32,004 nt of DNA, taken from sequence record SRR20825019_448. The stretch is one strand, 5' to 3'. The notes below the pieces were generated by a model. It was not told where the DNA came from. It saw only the letters and a program-made list of their open reading frames with translations, and searched no databases. Positions within the stretch are counted from its first letter, which is position 1. Every line of letters begins with the position of its first letter. Of the stretch, positions 26,464 to 32,004 are shown one piece after another. The position numbers were made by a program, and so were the translations under genes.

Positions 26464-27084
26464 ATGTATGAAGCCTTCATCGCCGCTTTTATCGCTCTTT
26501 TTGTGATTGTTGACCCCATCGGTATCGCGCCCGTTTTTGCGGGCCTTACCCAAAACGCCACCCGCCAGCATCAACGCTCCATGGCGATCAAAGGCACATT
26601 GATCGGCACGCTGATCCTGATTTTTTTCGCGCTTGTGGGCAAGCCGTTCCTCAACGCCCTTGGCATTTCCATGGACGGCCTTCGGGTCGCCGGGGGTATC
26701 ATGCTGTTTATCATCGCGCTTGAAATGGTCTTTGAGAAACGCACCGAACGCAAGCAGGAATCCGCCGAAAAAATGGATGAATATTTCGAAGATGTTTCGG
26801 TGTTTCCGATCGCGCTACCGCTTCTGGCCGGGCCTGGTGCTATTGCAACCATCATGCTCACCATGACCTCTTATGAGCATGACTTCATGGCGCAGATGGC
26901 GGTGCTCGCCGCGCTTGTGCTGGTGATGATCATCACGCTGGTGGTCTTCTTCACTGCCGGTAAGGTGATGGACCTTCTGGGCCCAACCGTGAATGCGGTT
27001 TTGACCCGGCTTCTAGGCGTGATCCTCGCGGCACTCGCGGCACAATATGTGCTTGATGGTCTGAAGAATACTTTCCTCGGGTAA
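26464..27084 (+). CDS. MarC family membrane protein
   Basis: VDPIG, FPIALPLLAGPGAI, TRLLGVILAALA. Start ATG 26464 is inferred. Confidence 0.9.
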   Translation: MYEAFIAAFIALFVIVDPIGIAPVFAGLTQNATRQHQRSMAIKGTLIGTLILIFFALVGKPFLNALGISMDGLRVAGGIMLFIIALEMVFEKRTERKQESAEKMDEYFEDVSVFPIALPLLAGPGAIATIMLTMTSYEHDFMAQMAVLAALVLVMIITLVVFFTAGKVMDLLGPTVNAVLTRLLGVILAALAAQYVLDGLKNTFLG

Positions 27085-27086
27085 GT

Positions 27087-27167
27087 GCCACACTTGCGCC
27101 GCACATACGCCGCAAAAACCAGCACACTTTCCGCCACACTGCGCCGCATATACGCCACACCCTGCGC
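27087..27167 (+). repeat. Degenerate ~11-bp tandem repeats
   Basis: GCCACACTTGCGCCGCACATACGCC (27087-27111) recurs as GCCACACTGCGCCGCATATACGCC (27133-27156), followed by a partial copy. Confidence 0.7.
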
Positions 27168-27293
27168 ACCCAACCGCTCGGGCAAAACGACTAGTCGCAA
27201 AGCCTTTGGGCAAGCGTTGACAGCGGCCTCCCAAGCCTGCACTGTCGCGGCAATCAACTTGGGGACAAAACCAATCAGGGTTAGGAAAAATCA

Positions 27294-28976
27294 ATGAAAA
27301 AACTGGTAACCGTCGCCGGTCTGATGCTTGCGCTAGGCGCCTGTGAAGACAAGGCAACCACCACCACTGAAACCGCCGGAACCGCAGAAAGCACCGCTTC
27401 TGCGCCATATGAAATGAACGCTGATGCGCTCGCGGATCATGTCAAAACACTCGCCTCTGACGAGTTTGGCGGTCGTGCTCCGGGCTCGCCGGGGGAAGAA
27501 TTGACCGTGCGCTATCTGGAAGCCGCCTTCAAAGAGGCTGGGCTTAAAGGTGCCAATGGCGGCAGCTTCATCCAGGAAGTGCCACTAGTGTCCATTGAGA
27601 CACAGGGCACACCCGCCATGCAGATCACTGGTGGCGTCGGGGAAAACCTTGACCTTGCCTACCGTGCCGATCAGGTAACCTGGACCCGGCGCGAGCAAAA
27701 TGACACCGAAGTCCATGAAAGCGACGTGGTGTTTGTAGGCTACGGCATCAACGCGCCTGAGCGCGGCTGGAACGACTATGAAGGCGTTGACGTTAAAGGG
27801 AAAACGGTTGTTATCCTTGTAAACGACCCGGGCTTTTCCACCCAGGACCCCGCGCTTTTTGAAGGCAACACCATGACCTACTATGGTCGCTGGGATTATA
27901 AGTTTGATGAAGCAGCGCGCCAAGGTGCTGCCGCCGCGCTGATTATTCATGATACCAAACCTGCGGCCTACGGCTGGGGCACAGTAGACAGCAGCTGGAC
28001 AGGCCCTCAGTTCGGCATGGTCCGCGATGACAAAGGCGCCTCGCTTTCTGAACTTGAAGGCTGGATCACCACGGAAAGCGCGGACAGGCTGTTCGCAAAA
28101 GCCGGCCTTGACCGCGCGGCACTCAGCAGCGCTGCCACCGCGCCGGGCTTTAAAGCTGTACCCATGGACCTCAAGTTCTCTGGCGGGTTCCGCAGTGAAA
28201 TCAACCACGTACAGTCTCGTAACGTGGCAGGTGTTCTGGAGGGCAGCGAACGCCCGGATGAGTATTTCATCTATATGGCGCACTGGGACCATATCGGCAC
28301 CGACCCGACCGTTGAGGGTGACGGCATCTATAATGGCGCGCTTGATAACGCAACCGGCACAGGTGGTCTTGTTGAACTTGCCCGCGCTTACACAAGCGCA
28401 GAGAACCCACCAAAACGTTCCGTGTTGTTCCTCGCTGTCACCGCTGAAGAGCAAGGCTTGCTGGGCTCAGCCTATTATGCAGCCAACCCGCTGGTACCGC
28501 TTGAAAGGACTGTCGGCGGCATCAACATGGACGGCTTAAACTATTATGGCCCAACCCATGACGTGACCGTTGTCGGCCTCGGAAACTCGGAACTGGACGA
28601 TTACCTCAAAACAGCCGCGAACAACCGCAGCCGTGTGCTGGTGGCAGATCAGGAGCCGGAGAAAGGCTACTTCTACCGCTCAGACCATTTTGAGCTCTCC
28701 AAACGTGGTGTGCCAATGCTCTACCCAAATTCAGGCTATGATCATATCGAGAAGGGTCGGGCTTATGTGGAAGGTTTGGTCGCCGAGTACCTCGCGAACC
28801 GCTACCACCAACCGGCTGACGAATATCAGGATAGCTGGGACTTGAACGGCGCCATCAAGGACCTCGAGCTTTATTATGCGACCGGCCGCCTGATTATCGA
28901 TAGCGATGTATGGCCTAACTGGCGTGAAGGCAGCGAATTTAAAGCCCTTCGTGATGAGCAGCGCAGCGGCCAATAA
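27294..28976 (+). CDS. M28 family metallopeptidase with PA domain, predicted lipoprotein
   Basis: Lipobox LGAC; Zn-ligand motifs AHWDH, GALDNATG, AEEQGLLGS, INMD, YHQPAD. Confidence 0.9.
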   Translation: MKKLVTVAGLMLALGACEDKATTTTETAGTAESTASAPYEMNADALADHVKTLASDEFGGRAPGSPGEELTVRYLEAAFKEAGLKGANGGSFIQEVPLVSIETQGTPAMQITGGVGENLDLAYRADQVTWTRREQNDTEVHESDVVFVGYGINAPERGWNDYEGVDVKGKTVVILVNDPGFSTQDPALFEGNTMTYYGRWDYKFDEAARQGAAAALIIHDTKPAAYGWGTVDSSWTGPQFGMVRDDKGASLSELEGWITTESADRLFAKAGLDRAALSSAATAPGFKAVPMDLKFSGGFRSEINHVQSRNVAGVLEGSERPDEYFIYMAHWDHIGTDPTVEGDGIYNGALDNATGTGGLVELARAYTSAENPPKRSVLFLAVTAEEQGLLGSAYYAANPLVPLERTVGGINMDGLNYYGPTHDVTVVGLGNSELDDYLKTAANNRSRVLVADQEPEKGYFYRSDHFELSKRGVPMLYPNSGYDHIEKGRAYVEGLVAEYLANRYHQPADEYQDSWDLNGAIKDLELYYATGRLIIDSDVWPNWREGSEFKALRDEQRSGQ

Positions 28977-29008
28977 CACACGTCGCCTGCACCATTGGAA
29001 AGAACGAG

Positions 29009-29036
29009 AAGGACGGTCATTGGCCGTCCTTTTTTT
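29009..29036 (+). terminator. Intrinsic terminator
   Basis: AAGGACGGTC-ATT-GGCCGTCCTT followed by a T-tract. Confidence 0.8.
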
Positions 29037-29113
29037 CATAAACGAAAAGACGAGTTTCGATACCTTGTTCACACGCCTATGCTCGACCGAGGGTATATAG
29101 GAAGGGACACACA

Positions 29114-29845
29114 ATGAAACGCCATGCTTTTGCTGCCGCCGCCATGCTGCTCGCAGCTGGCTTTACGCCAACCAGCGCAACCGACCACGGCTGGAACAAG
29201 GGGCTGGACCTAGATAATGCAGACCTCAGCACGTTCCGCCTCGTCCTGATGAATGAGGGTGCAGAAGCAGGGGACATGACCTATGGCTGGCACAAGATGG
29301 GCGAGCAGTATGTAATCGAAGATCGTACCACCATGGAGCCCAACATTGTGGAGACCGCCAAAGCCGTGGTGGACGGCACCACTCTCCTACCCCGCAGCGT
29401 GGCTATCAGTTTAGTCATGGGCGAAAGCTTTATGAATGTGGACTTAGGCTGGAACGACCTGAACCGCCAAGGCAAATTTACCAGCAAACGCGCTGGCAGT
29501 GAAGAAACCGTGCGTGAGGTTGATCTGATTGAGGACAACCCCGCGCCGCTCCGACTTGCCGTTGTTGGTTTTGTCGCTGCGATGCCGCTTGATGTAGGGT
29601 TTGAGAATAGCTTTGATTGGTTCAACACCCTGGCGAACAGGACCGAGACAGTCAAAATTAGCGTTACCGGGACACAGGAAGTGGAAACCCCTGCCGGGAA
29701 TTTTGACACCTATGTGGTGGAGATTAGCGGCGGGACGCCAGAAAACATCGTTTATGTCACCAAAACAAAGCCTCGCCGTATTGTACGTATCGATGTGGTT
29801 GGAAGGCCCTTACATTTTTTACTGGCCGCAAACCAGCCTAACTAA
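29114..29845 (+). CDS. Exported hypothetical protein, DUF3108-like
   Basis: Signal peptide, beta-rich sequence, motif VETPAGNFDTYVV. Confidence 0.55.
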   Translation: MKRHAFAAAAMLLAAGFTPTSATDHGWNKGLDLDNADLSTFRLVLMNEGAEAGDMTYGWHKMGEQYVIEDRTTMEPNIVETAKAVVDGTTLLPRSVAISLVMGESFMNVDLGWNDLNRQGKFTSKRAGSEETVREVDLIEDNPAPLRLAVVGFVAAMPLDVGFENSFDWFNTLANRTETVKISVTGTQEVETPAGNFDTYVVEISGGTPENIVYVTKTKPRRIVRIDVVGRPLHFLLAANQPN

Positions 29846-30783
29846 AAGCCAAAAGCGTGTAGCGCCACAAGCGTCAGCGATAGTGTGAGCGCAGACCCCG
29901 CCGTTGATATCAGCACGGTCGTTGCCGCCCGCCGCGACCCCACGCCGTGTTGAGTGGCAAAACTATAAGCCACCATACCAGAGGGCAGCGCCGCCATCAG
30001 GGTGGCACTGCCAACCCACACTGGCGGCAGCCCAATAGCAAAATGGCAAACAACAAACACCAGCGCAGGCAGCAGCAACAGCTTGAGCACGGTTGCCATC
30101 GCAGCCTGCACAATATCGCCCGCGATCTCAACGCGAGAGAGCGCAAGCCCGGCAGCAAACAATCCAACAGGAGCAGCAGCCCCGGCCGGTAGCGCCGTCA
30201 GGCGGTCGAGCCACATGGGAAATGGCAAGCCAAGCGCCGACCAGGTAAGGCCTGTGATCAGGGCAATTATGATCGGGTTCTGGCGAATACTCATGAAGGT
30301 GCGCGCCAGAATGCCAGGGCCTTCTGTGTTGTTTTTCGCGCGCTCGACAATGATGGTGGTGACCGGCAACAGCGTGAGTGAATGAAAGCTAAGAAGCAGC
30401 AAGAGAAGCCGCACACCCTCGGCCCCGTAAGCTCCTTCGAGAATGGGGATGCCAATAAAACCGCCATTGGCGAAACAGGCAGAAAGGGCAAAAATACCCT
30501 GTTCTGCCATCGTCAGCCGGAACAGATATTTCGCCACCAGTACTGCAAGCGCATAGAGCACATAGAGGGAGCTATAATAAGCCCCCACAAGCACAAGCTC
30601 GTCTGCATGCGGCAGGTCGCGCGCCGCAATAGAGCGAAACAAAAGTGCAGGGATAGCAATATACCAGACAAAAGCGATGAGGATTGCGCTGGAGCCTTCC
30701 GGGAAAAGCCGGGTACGGCCAAGACCGTACCCAAGCATGATCAGCAGGAAGACCGGTGCGATAATGGTCAGTATCTCAGCCAC
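29842..30783 (-). CDS. AEC family transporter
   Basis: APVFLLIMLGY, IAIPALLF, ANGGFIGIP, NPIIIA, LKLLLLP; GTG start. Confidence 0.9.
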   Translation of the reverse strand: MAEILTIIAPVFLLIMLGYGLGRTRLFPEGSSAILIAFVWYIAIPALLFRSIAARDLPHADELVLVGAYYSSLYVLYALAVLVAKYLFRLTMAEQGIFALSACFANGGFIGIPILEGAYGAEGVRLLLLLLSFHSLTLLPVTTIIVERAKNNTEGPGILARTFMSIRQNPIIIALITGLTWSALGLPFPMWLDRLTALPAGAAAPVGLFAAGLALSRVEIAGDIVQAAMATVLKLLLLPALVFVVCHFAIGLPPVWVGSATLMAALPSGMVAYSFATQHGVGSRRAATTVLISTAGSALTLSLTLVALHAFGF

Positions 30784-30806
30784 AAACCCTCATCTCTCAG
30801 AAAGCC

Positions 30807-32004
30807 TTATTCGTAGGCAGGTGGTTCCGGCACCTTGCCGCGGCGCTTGAGCAGTTGCAGCCTCAGCGCATTCAACTTGATAAAGCCCTGTGCGTCGCGC
30901 TGGTCATAAACGCTATCCGCCTCAAAGGTCACATGCTCCATGGAATAAAGGCTTTTCGGGCTCTTGCGGCCAACCACATGAACACCGCCCTTATAAAGCA
31001 TCAGGCGCACGGTGCCCTCCACATGCTCCTGGCTCTTGTCGATCAGGGCTTGCATCATTTCCCGCTCGGGTGAGAACCAGAAACCGTTATAAATCAGCTC
31101 CGCATACTTGGGCATGATCTCGTCCTTGAGGTGCATGGCACCGCGGTCGAGTGTGATCTGCTCAATACCCCGGTGTGCGGATAGCAGGATGGTACCGCCC
31201 GGCGTTTCATAAATGCCGCGCGATTTCATGCCCACAAAGCGGTTCTCGAGAAGGTCAAGTCGGCCAATACCATGCTTTTTACCGTAATCGTTCAAGGCTG
31301 TCAGCAGCGTAGCGGGGCTCATTGCCACGCCGTTGATGCCAACCGCGTCCCCGCGCTTGAACTCAACCTCAATATATTCTGGTGTGTCCGGCGCCGTAAG
31401 CGGGTCATCGGTACGGGCGTAGACATATTCTTCCGCCGCGACCCATGGGTCCTCCAGCGCTTTACCTTCACTTGAGGTGTGCAACAGGTTTGCGTCCACG
31501 CTGAACGGGGCTTCGCCGCGTTTGTCTTTTGGCACAGGAATTTGGTGTTGCTCTGCAAAGTTCAGAAGATCCGTGCGGCTATGCAGGTCCCACTCCCGCC
31601 AAGGTGCAATCACCTTGATGTCAGGGTTGAGTGCATAATAGCCAAGCTCAAACCGAACCTGATCATTACCCTTCCCGGTGGCACCATGGCAAACCGCATC
31701 GGCACCCACTTCCCGGGCGATCTCAATCTGCCTCTTGGAAATCAATGGCCGCGCGATGGATGTACCCAGGAGGTACATGCCCTCATAAACCGTATTGGCA
31801 CGGAACATGGGGAAGACGTAGTTTTCAACAAAGTCTTCGCGCAGGTCTTCAATGTAAATCTCTTTGATACCGAGCATTTCCGCTTTTCGTCGTGCCGGTT
31901 CAAGCTCCTCGCCCTGGCCGAGGTCTGCGGTGAAAGTCACCACTTCGCAACCATAAGTGACCTGCAGCCACTTGAGGATGATGGAGGTATCAAGCCCGCC
32001 TGAA
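30807..32004 (-). CDS. argG: Argininosuccinate synthase (5' end outside the window)
   Basis: Frame stays open to the window edge ([13 protein letters not shown]); [35 protein letters not shown]. Confidence 0.97.
   Translation of the reverse strand, partial: SGGLDTSIILKWLQVTYGCEVVTFTADLGQGEELEPARRKAEMLGIKEIYIEDLREDFVENYVFPMFRANTVYEGMYLLGTSIARPLISKRQIEIAREVGADAVCHGATGKGNDQVRFELGYYALNPDIKVIAPWREWDLHSRTDLLNFAEQHQIPVPKDKRGEAPFSVDANLLHTSSEGKALEDPWVAAEEYVYARTDDPLTAPDTPEYIEVEFKRGDAVGINGVAMSPATLLTALNDYGKKHGIGRLDLLENRFVGMKSRGIYETPGGTILLSAHRGIEQITLDRGAMHLKDEIMPKYAELIYNGFWFSPEREMMQALIDKSQEHVEGTVRLMLYKGGVHVVGRKSPKSLYSMEHVTFEADSVYDQRDAQGFIKLNALRLQLLKRRGKVPEPPAYE

Noticed and set aside
27085-27297. CRISPR array or 70-aa ORF at the intergenic repeats
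   Set aside because: Units are short and degenerate with no spacers or cas genes; the ORF has no support.
4541-28454. Long antisense or overlapping ORFs (e.g. 4541-5329, 6677-7309, 23668-24363, 25515-26282, 27585-28454)
   Set aside because: Shadow frames of well-supported genes, with no recognizable motifs.

Overview
Chromosomal window of an alphaproteobacterium, probably a marine Kordiimonas/sphingomonad-like lineage (inferred from gene content). It carries housekeeping genes (nadB, polA, yggT-DUF167-folD, marC, partial argG), transporters (orphan ABC ATPase, Bcr/CflA MFS, PiT, AEC), three tandem TonB-dependent receptors, an esterase, an M28 peptidase, and a small flagellum-related patch (FliL-like and FlaEY-like genes). 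Most notable: (1) a candidate ~125-nt structured sRNA at ~21311-21437, with a sigma54-type promoter, an exact IHF site and repeated upstream activator-like sites; (2) two tandem exported proteins made only of a TonB C-terminal domain; (3) a 708-bp integrase-less islet carrying a SAM methyltransferase, flanked by a 67-bp duplication of the polA 3' end. I saw no tRNA, rRNA, CRISPR or IS element. All calls come from motif recognition by eye, with no database searches.
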